From Bacteroidales bacterium (lineage in GTDB: Bacteria > Bacteroidota > Bacteroidia > Bacteroidales > F082): a stretch of 32,300 nt of DNA. The notes below the pieces were generated by a model, which was given only the letters and a program-made list of their open reading frames with translations, did not search any database and was not told the origin of the DNA. Made by a program: the position numbers and the translations under genes. Shown here piece after piece: positions 1-6,549 of this stretch. Location: positions 1 through 32,300 of the forward strand of contig JBDHYV010000001.1 of NCBI GenBank assembly GCA_039811545.1, read 5' to 3'. Within the stretch, counting starts at the first letter, position 1, and each line of letters begins with the position of its first letter.

Positions 1-175
1 CATTGTTGTCAGTGTAGGTTCCGTTAGAATAACTAGTATCGGCAATGTTTGCCCCAATCAGGCTTTCGCCTGTTGATGCGTCGCGAATCAATCCTGAAAT
101 ACTTATTTGCGCCTGCATTGCTACTGATGAAATGAGTAGAACCAAAGCCACATATAATGATACCAATATTTTCAT
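1..175 (-). CDS. TonB-dependent receptor, N-terminal fragment (gene runs off the left edge)
   Basis: Reverse complement of 1-175 starts with ATG at 175-173 and reads MKILVSLYVALVLLISSVAMQAQISISGLIRDASTGESLIGANIADTSYSNGTYTDNN. This is a signal peptide followed by the ISG-x-I-x-D-x-x-TGE-x-L-x-GA pattern of the carboxypeptidase-regulatory-like domain that opens many Bacteroidota TBDRs. It is absent from the ORF track because it is truncated. Confidence 0.7.
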   Translation of the reverse strand, partial: MKILVSLYVALVLLISSVAMQAQISISGLIRDASTGESLIGANIADTSYSNGTYTDNN

Positions 176-178
176 TAC

Positions 179-1054
179 CTAATAGGATGGGTAAATGGTG
201 TCGGATAACACAGATGAATACGCCGCAAATATTCCGTATCCGTTTTCAATATTTGAGTAAACATCAAAAACCGGTGTGCCTCCCAATGCAAACTCAGGGT
301 ATCTTCCTGTTTCATAAAGCTTTAAGCTGCGCTTATGTAAGTAATATGATTCGCTAACTTTTCTAAGTTCAAGAACAAAAGGATATAATGTTGTTCTCCA
401 TTCTCCATCAATGCCTGAACTGCCAGCGCTACCGGTGGTGTAGTTTAGGCGCATGGTATAAATATGGCTCCCAATAGTTGAATTAGAAAAGAGCACTATT
501 GGCAAGCCCTCTTTCAATAGAACAGGATCAACGATATTCAATAATTCGGCACTGTTCTCATCGTTCAAAAGTCTTATAACAACTTCATAATAGGCAACTT
601 CATCTGGATTGTTTTCAAACGTGAAATTAATGGCAGGATAGGTGGTGCCTTCTTCATCCTTTCCTGCAATGGCAATGTGTTCAAGGTTTAATAAAACAGG
701 TTTGGAAGGGATTTGGACAGAAGCGCTCACGAGGGTATATCCAGGAATCTGTACTTCACAATGATATGTTTTGCATGAATCGAGTCTGGTCTGAGCACTG
801 TACCATCCTTCTTGTTCGTGCTGCAATACAATTTGATTGTTACTATCTTCATAGAATTGTACCGCAGCATTTTCAACGCCACTGATAGGTCCTTTTTCGA
901 GCTTCGTGGCCATTGACACATGCACAAGAACCAAACTCCCGCTTGCGATGATGCTGTTTAGAGTGGGAACTTTTTCAAAAGGCGGAAATGTATCAAACAC
1001 CTTTTCCCTGCAGCTTGATAAGAATAACATAATCATCAGAATGGTGTAGCGCAT
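179..1054 (-). CDS. DUF4249-family lipoprotein
   Basis: Track ORF 179..1105. I place the start at the internal ATG at 1054, giving MRYTILMIMLFLSSC, a lipoprotein signal with a lipobox Cys. The C-terminal SNIENGYGIFAAYS motif and adjacency to a TBDR match what I recall of DUF4249. Stop TAG at 179-181, 3 nt before the TBDR ATG. Confidence 0.7.
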   Translation of the reverse strand: MRYTILMIMLFLSSCREKVFDTFPPFEKVPTLNSIIASGSLVLVHVSMATKLEKGPISGVENAAVQFYEDSNNQIVLQHEQEGWYSAQTRLDSCKTYHCEVQIPGYTLVSASVQIPSKPVLLNLEHIAIAGKDEEGTTYPAINFTFENNPDEVAYYEVVIRLLNDENSAELLNIVDPVLLKEGLPIVLFSNSTIGSHIYTMRLNYTTGSAGSSGIDGEWRTTLYPFVLELRKVSESYYLHKRSLKLYETGRYPEFALGGTPVFDVYSNIENGYGIFAAYSSVLSDTIYPSY

Positions 1055-1126
1055 AAACTCTATTTTATGATTGAAAAATAAGCAATGCGCCTTTAAAAGG
1101 CACATTGCCTTGAAAGAATAAATTAG

Positions 1127-2143
1127 TTATGGAACTAAAAAGGTGTTACATTGCAATACTGCAGGATTAGTAGATGGAGTATCGGCCCAAGCATTGTATC
1201 CATCAAAATGTCCAATACCATCATGATTTACTCCAACTGATATCCATTGCTGACATAAAATTCCTTCCAAAGAAGAAGTGGATGTCCCTGAATTTGAATA
1301 GTTACCGATAAGCCTAACCCAGGAGTTTGAATTGTTATAAACATAGTATCCTGCTGCAACTTTGATATTACAACTTATTGTTCTTGTACACCAATACCAA
1401 ACGCCCAGTGTTTTTTTGTATGGTCTGACCATGTATTGAACATATTGTTCTGTACTACCAGCATATTGCCCGGTAATAATACCAATCCTAAGGTATGTCC
1501 TGTCGTTTCCGTTTGTCGCCCTATTTTCTTGCCAAGTTCCGCAATTGTAGGTGTTATCTTTTAAATTCATTTCTTCGTTTTTGGCAAATATAAAGATACT
1601 ACCATCATTTAGGCTTTGCTCAATATTATCCTCTTTTAAACCGTTTAGAACATCTTGATTTATTAGATGAGTGCCTATGGTCACATTCTCAAAGGTCTTG
1701 TAAACCGAATCACCAATCTGAAACTTTAGATCTTCATTTACGAAAACTCTATACAAATTTTGGAAAAGGACAGGGTTAATGATCATTTCGTTGTTCTCAT
1801 CATAATCTACACGTAAATATTGAGGGTAAGATCGAACGTAAGCAAGCAGTTCTTCCTGAGTTTGAAATGCTTCAAAATCAATGCTATGGTAGAATTCATC
1901 AACCTCTTGACTGAACGAATAAAAATCTGACTGACTTTTTAAAAAGGGCAAATCTTCATGGGATTTTCCGCTTATTTGGTCTCTGATGCTGAGAAATTCC
2001 GAAACGCTTTGAAATTTTAGCATCTGTTTCGCAGTTGGATCAAAATCACGCTTGGCGGGGTTATCATTCTTTTCACACGAAGTAAAAACAAAAGTTAACA
2101 GGATTAGGAAAACCCCGATACATACTATTCTATTCGAAATCAT
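1127..2143 (-). CDS. hypothetical lipoprotein, no family recognised
   Basis: 338-aa ORF. The N-terminus MISNRIVCIGVFLILLTFVFTSC is a lipoprotein signal peptide. The C-terminal half is rich in Y/N/G/S/W with 6 Cys. The gene is markedly AT-rich compared with the rest of the window. Confidence 0.75.
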   Translation of the reverse strand: MISNRIVCIGVFLILLTFVFTSCEKNDNPAKRDFDPTAKQMLKFQSVSEFLSIRDQISGKSHEDLPFLKSQSDFYSFSQEVDEFYHSIDFEAFQTQEELLAYVRSYPQYLRVDYDENNEMIINPVLFQNLYRVFVNEDLKFQIGDSVYKTFENVTIGTHLINQDVLNGLKEDNIEQSLNDGSIFIFAKNEEMNLKDNTYNCGTWQENRATNGNDRTYLRIGIITGQYAGSTEQYVQYMVRPYKKTLGVWYWCTRTISCNIKVAAGYYVYNNSNSWVRLIGNYSNSGTSTSSLEGILCQQWISVGVNHDGIGHFDGYNAWADTPSTNPAVLQCNTFLVP

Positions 2144-2381
2144 AAAAATAATGATTTTAGGACACTGCCATTTTACATCTGTCAGTTATTAGATGCTTTT
2201 CCACTCACGCAGTCAATCAGTTGTGGCAATTGCGTGCCACTATAACCGGCGCAGGTTCGTTTGTGGCTTTTAACCACTTCAACACACGCTAAAACCTGTA
2301 AATGCGTGTGCCGCCACCCCTGTGATGTGTGAAAACATCCAATAAAACGCTGTTGCGGGTTGGTTTCAATAAGCGTTGTTG

Positions 2382-2389
2382 TATCTTTG
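2382..2389 (+). promoter_or_regulatory. candidate Bacteroidota -7 promoter box TATCTTTG (TAnnTTTG)
   Basis: Perfect match to TAnnTTTG on the plus strand. GTTG at 2359-2362 is a 3/4 match to the -33 TTTG, with a 19-nt spacer. No plus-strand ORF follows; a plus-strand terminator lies about 60 nt downstream. Confidence 0.35.
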
Positions 2390-2445
2390 CAGAGCCTCTT
2401 TGTGGTTTTGGTTAATACTTAGTTACGTTAACAGGTCGAGTATTC

Positions 2446-2468
2446 AGCCCCCATACGGAGGCTTTTTT
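2446..2468 (+). terminator. rho-independent terminator, plus-strand specific
   Basis: AGCCCCC-ATAC-GGAGGCT forms 6 pairs with one C/A mismatch and is followed by a T run through 2468. On the minus strand the A run precedes the stem, so it works only for a plus-strand transcript. Confidence 0.5.
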
Positions 2469-2560
2469 ATGCAAGGTGGCCGCCTTGGGGTATGTTGAAT
2501 GTGGTTGATCATATCTTGTCTTTTTCATGTGACGTTGTTCGCTGCAAATATAAACGCCAA

Positions 2561-2589
2561 GCTCCATACGAATTTTATGGAGCTCCATA
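2561..2589. promoter_or_regulatory. perfect 14-bp palindrome TATGGAGCTCCATA (2576-2589) plus a third half-site GCTCCATA (2561-2568); candidate operator or hairpin
   Basis: Read directly: GCTCCATA-cgaattt-TATGGAGCTCCATA. It sits 3 nt past the stop codon of the HTH ORF. As RNA, 2561-2583 would form an 8-bp stem with a 7-nt loop. Confidence 0.4.
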
Positions 2590-2592
2590 AAT

Positions 2593-2802
2593 TTACGGTC
2601 TTTGATCAAAAAAATAATAGGTTTTCCTTTTGGTGCAATAGCTGATGTTGTGACCGGTTGTTCGGAGCAGCTTCAGGTAGTTTTCAATCGTTGGTCGCGA
2701 AACACAAAGTTTTTCGGCCAACTGTGCCGCCGTTCCGGTGTGCTGATCGTTGATCAGGCTAAGCAGTTGTTCAAGTTTTTGTTGTTTATTCAAGAATTGC
2801 AT
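2593..2802 (-). CDS. small stand-alone HTH protein (HTH_11 / DeoR-YafY N-terminal-like), possibly a truncated regulator
   Basis: 69 aa: MQFLNKQQKLEQLLSLINDQHTGTAAQLAEKLCVSRPTIENYLKLLRTTGHNISY... This matches the L-x-LL-x-(tag)-ta-x-LAe-x-l-x-VS-x-rTI-x-x-x-l-x-x-L-x-x-x-G-x-x-I pattern of winged-helix HTH_11 domains. ATG start at 2802. Confidence 0.6.
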   Translation of the reverse strand: MQFLNKQQKLEQLLSLINDQHTGTAAQLAEKLCVSRPTIENYLKLLRTTGHNISYCTKRKTYYFFDQRP

Positions 2803-2850
2803 GGTTTCTGTTGTTTTGGCTGATTATAAAAAGCATTAGTGCGCACAGGC

Positions 2851-3012
2851 TCATCCATGGGCAAGCCTCTTGCTGCTAAACTGCTGCAACAAAGGATTGG
2901 GCTTGACATGAAATGTTGTTCCCCTTATAAGCGAAGGCCATAAACCGACGAGATAGAAGCGCTGAAGCAGTGTTTTGGCAGGAGTAATCAGGTTGTTCTG
3001 TATGTTTTTCAT
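2851..3012 (-). CDS. hypothetical 53-aa ORF (weak)
   Basis: Counting from the internal ATG at 3012 of track ORF 2851..3036: MKNIQNNLITPAKTLLQRFYLVGLWPSLIRGTTFHVKPNPLLQQFSSKRLAHG. A perfect minus-strand -7 box TATTTTTG (plus coordinates 3024-3031) lies 12 nt upstream. No family recognised; it could be a gene fragment. Confidence 0.25.
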   Translation of the reverse strand: MKNIQNNLITPAKTLLQRFYLVGLWPSLIRGTTFHVKPNPLLQQFSSKRLAHG

Positions 3013-3113
3013 TTTTTTTGACACAAAAATAATCAAAGAAAAAATGTTGTTAAGCTTTTATCAGAAAATTCAGGCATTTGTCGGTGACTGAAACTCGTTG
3101 ACCGGTCTGTATC

Positions 3114-3139
3114 AAAAAAAAAGGTTACAAAATACAACC
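3114..3139 (-). terminator. likely intrinsic terminator of pth
   Basis: Minus strand reads GGTTGTA-TTT-TGTAACC (7 pairs including two G-U) followed by T9 (plus-strand A run 3114-3122). It lies 54 nt past the pth stop. Confidence 0.5.
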
Positions 3140-3173
3140 CATCACACGTCACCCATCACACGTCACCCATCAC
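3137..3173. repeat. 14-nt tandem repeat ACCCATCACACGTC, 2.6 copies
   Basis: Units at 3137-3150 and 3151-3164 are identical; 3165-3173 is a partial third copy. It lies between the pth stop (3193) and its putative terminator. Confidence 0.9.
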
Positions 3174-3192
3174 TAGTAACCCCCTTGAAAAC

Positions 3193-3756
3193 CTATTTAT
3201 TGTTGAAAAAATTCATTGTTCTTTCAGCTCCTATGCTAACAAAACTTTTAATCATTTCCACTGCAATCGGGATTTTAGGTTCGAGAATCAGCATTTCCTG
3301 CTTGCTCCACTCACCCAGCACAAAATCAACCTGTTTGCCTCGCGGAAAGTCGTTGCCGATGCCAAAGCGCAGCCTTGCAAACTGGTTGTTTCCAAGGGTT
3401 TGGATGATGTTTTCAAGGCCGTTGTGGCCGGCATCGCTGCCTTTGGTTTTCATGCGTAGGGTGGCAAGGGGCAGGGCCAGATCGTCAACAACCACAAGCA
3501 GGTTTTCCTGCGGGATGTTTTCCTGCCGCAGCCAATATTGCACGGCTTTGCCGCTGAGGTTCATATAGGTGGTAGGTTTGATGACGATTAGTTGGCGGCT
3601 TTTGTATCGCAAGGAGGCTGTCTGGGCTAATCGAGCCGTTTCGAATCTGCCCGAAAGGTCGGTACACAAGGCATCGCCCACCATAAAACCGATGTTATGG
3701 CGGGTGTTGGCATACTCGGCACCAATATTGCCAAGGCAGGCGATGAGATATTTCAT
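3193..3756 (-). CDS. pth: peptidyl-tRNA hydrolase
   Basis: MKYLIACLGNIGAEYANTRHNIGF... matches the Pth signature GLGNxGxxYxxTRHNxGF. The track ORF starts at a TTG (3762); the ATG at 3756 is preferred. Confidence 0.95.
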   Translation of the reverse strand: MKYLIACLGNIGAEYANTRHNIGFMVGDALCTDLSGRFETARLAQTASLRYKSRQLIVIKPTTYMNLSGKAVQYWLRQENIPQENLLVVVDDLALPLATLRMKTKGSDAGHNGLENIIQTLGNNQFARLRFGIGNDFPRGKQVDFVLGEWSKQEMLILEPKIPIAVEMIKSFVSIGAERTMNFFNNK

Positions 3757-3793
3757 GGGCAAAAAAGAAGGTTAAAGAAAGTGAAAAATAAAG

Positions 3794-3829
3794 AAAAAAG
3801 GCATAAAAACATCGTTTTATGCCTTTTTT
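3794..3829. terminator. bidirectional-looking intrinsic terminator after rplY
   Basis: GGCATAAAA-acatcg-TTTTATGCC (9-bp stem, 3800-3823) is flanked by an A run upstream and T6 downstream. It lies 17 nt past the rplY stop on the minus strand. Confidence 0.7.
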
Positions 3830-3845
3830 GATACGTAAAGGGTTT

Positions 3846-4415
3846 TTATTCTTCTTCAGGTGTAAGGGCCACGCCACGCGCTGTAGCCACTTCAACAATT
3901 ACAGAGTTGAGATTGTCAATGAATTTGATCTGGTCAAATTCAAGATTTTTCACTTTGATGCTTTGGCCGATATTCAATTGCGAAAGACTGATTTCAACGA
4001 AGTCAGGCATATTGGCAACGAGACCCTTTGCGGTCAAGCGGGTGAGTTTCTGCTTGAGTTTTCCCCCACGAATCACGCCTGGCGAACTGCCAGTGAGTTT
4101 CACAGGTAGGGAAACAACAACCGGTTTGTCGTCCGAAATTTGGATGAAGTCGGCGTGAATTACCTGATCGCCAACAGGATGATATTGAACATCCTTAAGT
4201 AAAGTTTTAAATGTTTTGCCATCAATCATGATTTCGATGACAAATGTTTCGGGTGTAAAGATGATTTTTTTGAAAGCATCGAGACCCATGCTAAAATGAA
4301 ACTGCTGGGTGCCTCCATAAAGTACGCAGGGCACTTGTCCGTTGTAGCGCAACGCTTTAGCATCTTTTTTCCCTACGTTCTCTCTCAGAGAACCGCTCAT
4401 TGATACTGTTTTCAT
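3846..4415 (-). CDS. rplY: 50S ribosomal protein L25 / general stress protein Ctc
   Basis: 189 aa. The N-terminus R-x-x-GK-x-x-A-x-x-LR-x-x-G-x-VP-x-VLYGG is typical of the long L25/Ctc form. The prs-rplY-pth synteny is classical. Confidence 0.93.
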   Translation of the reverse strand: MKTVSMSGSLRENVGKKDAKALRYNGQVPCVLYGGTQQFHFSMGLDAFKKIIFTPETFVIEIMIDGKTFKTLLKDVQYHPVGDQVIHADFIQISDDKPVVVSLPVKLTGSSPGVIRGGKLKQKLTRLTAKGLVANMPDFVEISLSQLNIGQSIKVKNLEFDQIKFIDNLNSVIVEVATARGVALTPEEE

Positions 4416-4446
4416 GCGATAAAAGAATTAAATTAGATGAATTGAG

Positions 4447-5385
4447 TTATTTAATCTGAAACAGGGAGCTGATGGATTCGTAGTTGACGACCCGCCGGAT
4501 GACTTCGGCAAACAGCTCGGCTGTGGACAGTACTTTTATTTTTTCGTGTTCATATTTCAAAGGAATGGTATCCGTAACAACCACCTCGGTAAAGACAGAA
4601 TGAGTGAGTTTTTCGTAGGCCTTACCCGAAAAAACCGGATGTGTACAGAAAGCTCTAACGCTATTGGCACCGTTTTCCATAATTAATTCACCGGCTTTGG
4701 TGATGGAGCCTCCCGTGTCAATGATATCGTCAATCAGAATCACATCGCGGTATTGGACATCCCCGATGAGCGATATTTCTTCCACCACATTAGGTTTGGT
4801 GCGTTGTTTGTAGCAAATCACAAAGCCCGTATTGAGGTTTTTGGCATAGGAGGCTGCCCTGCGTGTTCCGCCGGTATCGGGTGAAGCCATGGTAAGGTTG
4901 GGCAAATTAAGACTTTTGATATAAGGCACAAAAATATTTGAGGCATAAATGTGATCCACCGGTACATCAAAAAAGCCTTGAATCTGGTCGGCATGAAGGT
5001 CAATGGTGATGATGCGAGTGATGCCGGATGTAATCAGCAGGTTGGCTACTAATTTGGCAGCAATGGAAACACGCGATTTGTCTTTTCGGTCTTGCCTTGC
5101 AAAACCAAAATATGGGACTACCGCCGTAATCTTGCGTGCCGACGCCCTACGAGCAGCATCGGCCATCAACATGAGTTCAAAAAGATTTTCTGTGGGTGCA
5201 AAGGTTGACTGAACCAGAAAAACATCGCGTCCACGGATATTTTCATCAAAAGAAGGCTGAAATTCACCGTCGGCAAAGGTGATAAACGATGTCTTCCCAA
5301 GTGGAACACCATAGCTTTTTGCGATCTTGTCGGCCAGATTTTGAGACGCCCTTCCGGAGAAAATGCTTACAAGGTGTTCAGACAT
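4447..5385 (-). CDS. prs: ribose-phosphate pyrophosphokinase
   Basis: 312 aa with DLHADQIQGFFDVPVD and the PRPP-binding VILIDDIIDTGGS motif. Confidence 0.96.
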   Translation of the reverse strand: MSEHLVSIFSGRASQNLADKIAKSYGVPLGKTSFITFADGEFQPSFDENIRGRDVFLVQSTFAPTENLFELMLMADAARRASARKITAVVPYFGFARQDRKDKSRVSIAAKLVANLLITSGITRIITIDLHADQIQGFFDVPVDHIYASNIFVPYIKSLNLPNLTMASPDTGGTRRAASYAKNLNTGFVICYKQRTKPNVVEEISLIGDVQYRDVILIDDIIDTGGSITKAGELIMENGANSVRAFCTHPVFSGKAYEKLTHSVFTEVVVTDTIPLKYEHEKIKVLSTAELFAEVIRRVVNYESISSLFQIK

Positions 5386-5413
5386 AACAACTTGGGTTTT
5401 TGATAATCGGCTG

Positions 5414-5421
5414 CAAAGGTA
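5414..5421 (-). promoter_or_regulatory. candidate -7 box TACCTTTG for prs-rplY
   Basis: Perfect TAnnTTTG on the minus strand, 29-36 nt upstream of the prs ATG. TTTC (3/4 of the -33 TTTG) lies 20 nt further upstream. Confidence 0.4.
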
Positions 5422-5491
5422 GTAATTTCATCAATAGCTACGAAACTATTTTCGCTTTTTGTTCGATTTTTCGCTGGGTACAGCAATGAAT

Positions 5492-5514
5492 AAAAAAACC
5501 GGGTTGGCCCCGGT
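5492..5514 (-). terminator. intrinsic terminator after etfA
   Basis: Minus strand reads ACCGGG-GCCAA-CCCGGT followed by T7 (plus-strand A run 5492-5498). It lies 27 nt past the etfA stop. Confidence 0.7.
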
Positions 5515-5540
5515 CTTTAAGTTTTTTCCCATGTCGGCAC

Positions 5541-6509
5541 TCAGCCCTTGAGTTCTTTTACGGCGGCAACCATTTCGGGAAGCACCTTCATCGCATCGCC
5601 CACGATGCCATAGTCAGCAGCTTCGAAGATGGGTGCTTCGGGGTCTTTGTTCACGGCAACGATCACTTTCGATCCGCTTACACCGCCCAAATGCTGGATA
5701 GCCCCCGAGATGCCAAAGGCAAAATAGAGGTTGGGTGCAATGATTTTTCCAGTCTGGCCGACATGCTCGCCGTGAGGCCGCCAACCTTCGTCGGAAACAG
5801 GTCTTGAGCAGGCCATACCAGCCCCCAGTACCGAAGCCAGCTCTTCGAGGCCGCTCCAGTTTTCGGGACCTTTCATTCCGCGGCCACCGGCCACTACAAT
5901 CTCGGCCTCACTGAGCAGAATCTTGCCGCTTACGGTTTGTGTCTGTTCAACGGTTAGTCCAAAATCCCCATTGGTAAGACCTGGTGCAAAGTCTTCAACG
6001 GCGACATTCACCCTATTTTCAACCAACCCAAAGGAGTTGTAGGAAAGTGTCATCACCTTAACAGGTGTATGAATCACGGCATGGCCTATAGCTTTGCCTG
6101 TAAACACATGTTTGTTCACCGTGAACGGGTCGAGCGATATTGGCAGGCCAACGACATTGCTCACTAGGCCGGCCTGAAGTTTAACGGCAAGGCGCGGAGC
6201 AACGGCTTTACCAAAGTTGTTGTGGGCCAGCAAGATGATTTTCGAACCCGTTTGGGTGGCAGCCATAGCAATGGCTTTGGCCGAAGCCTGATTATCGAGG
6301 CTGGCAAAACGGATGTCATCGGCCGTCAACACCTTCTTTATTCCATAGTTACCTAATTTTTGCAGCTCGTCTGATTCAACTTTCCCCAACGATAGGGCAA
6401 TGGCGTTTTCGCCAACTTGTTTGGCAAGTGCTGCGCCGTAAGACGCAAGCTCAAGGGCTGCTTTTTTTATTTTTCCTTCGGTATTGTCAACAAATATCAG
6501 TACTGACAT
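5541..6509 (-). CDS. etfA: electron transfer flavoprotein subunit alpha
   Basis: 322 aa. The C-terminal FAD-binding region contains PNLYFAFGISGAIQHLGG, the ETF-alpha signature. Confidence 0.95.
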   Translation of the reverse strand: MSVLIFVDNTEGKIKKAALELASYGAALAKQVGENAIALSLGKVESDELQKLGNYGIKKVLTADDIRFASLDNQASAKAIAMAATQTGSKIILLAHNNFGKAVAPRLAVKLQAGLVSNVVGLPISLDPFTVNKHVFTGKAIGHAVIHTPVKVMTLSYNSFGLVENRVNVAVEDFAPGLTNGDFGLTVEQTQTVSGKILLSEAEIVVAGGRGMKGPENWSGLEELASVLGAGMACSRPVSDEGWRPHGEHVGQTGKIIAPNLYFAFGISGAIQHLGGVSGSKVIVAVNKDPEAPIFEAADYGIVGDAMKVLPEMVAAVKELKG

Positions 6510-6549
6510 ATTCTTCAGATTTATAATTCATAATTTTGATAATCCTCAT

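Noticed and set aside
2144-2411. Cobalamin or TPP riboswitch in the leader of the TBDR-linked genes
   Set aside because: Some minus-strand segments (GGTTAAAAGCCAC, GCGCCGGTTATAGT, GCCACAACTG) loosely resemble AdoCbl-riboswitch core elements. However, the match is only about 9/14 in the best block. I could not find a B12 box of the AGTCAGGA-ACCTGCC type, nor the CTGAGA / ACCTGATCTGG elements of the TPP riboswitch. An Infernal scan is needed before any such claim.
2412-2609. Track ORF of 65 aa (MIKDRKFMELHKIRMEL...) as an independent gene downstream of the HTH ORF
   Set aside because: It starts at a TTG. Its MEL..MEL segment is just the translated arms of the 2561-2589 palindrome. A plus-strand terminator and hairpin sit inside its 3' end, and the sequence is basic and featureless. 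I keep it only as the possible frameshifted continuation of the HTH ORF.
3137-3173. Possible CRISPR array
   Set aside because: The 14-nt units are directly adjacent with no spacers, there are only 2.6 copies, and no cas genes are present. It is a simple tandem repeat.
3098-3568. 156-aa plus-strand ORF running through the tandem repeat and antisense to pth
   Set aside because: It is antisense to a confidently identified pth, its translation is low-complexity, and its 5' part is the repeat plus terminator region.
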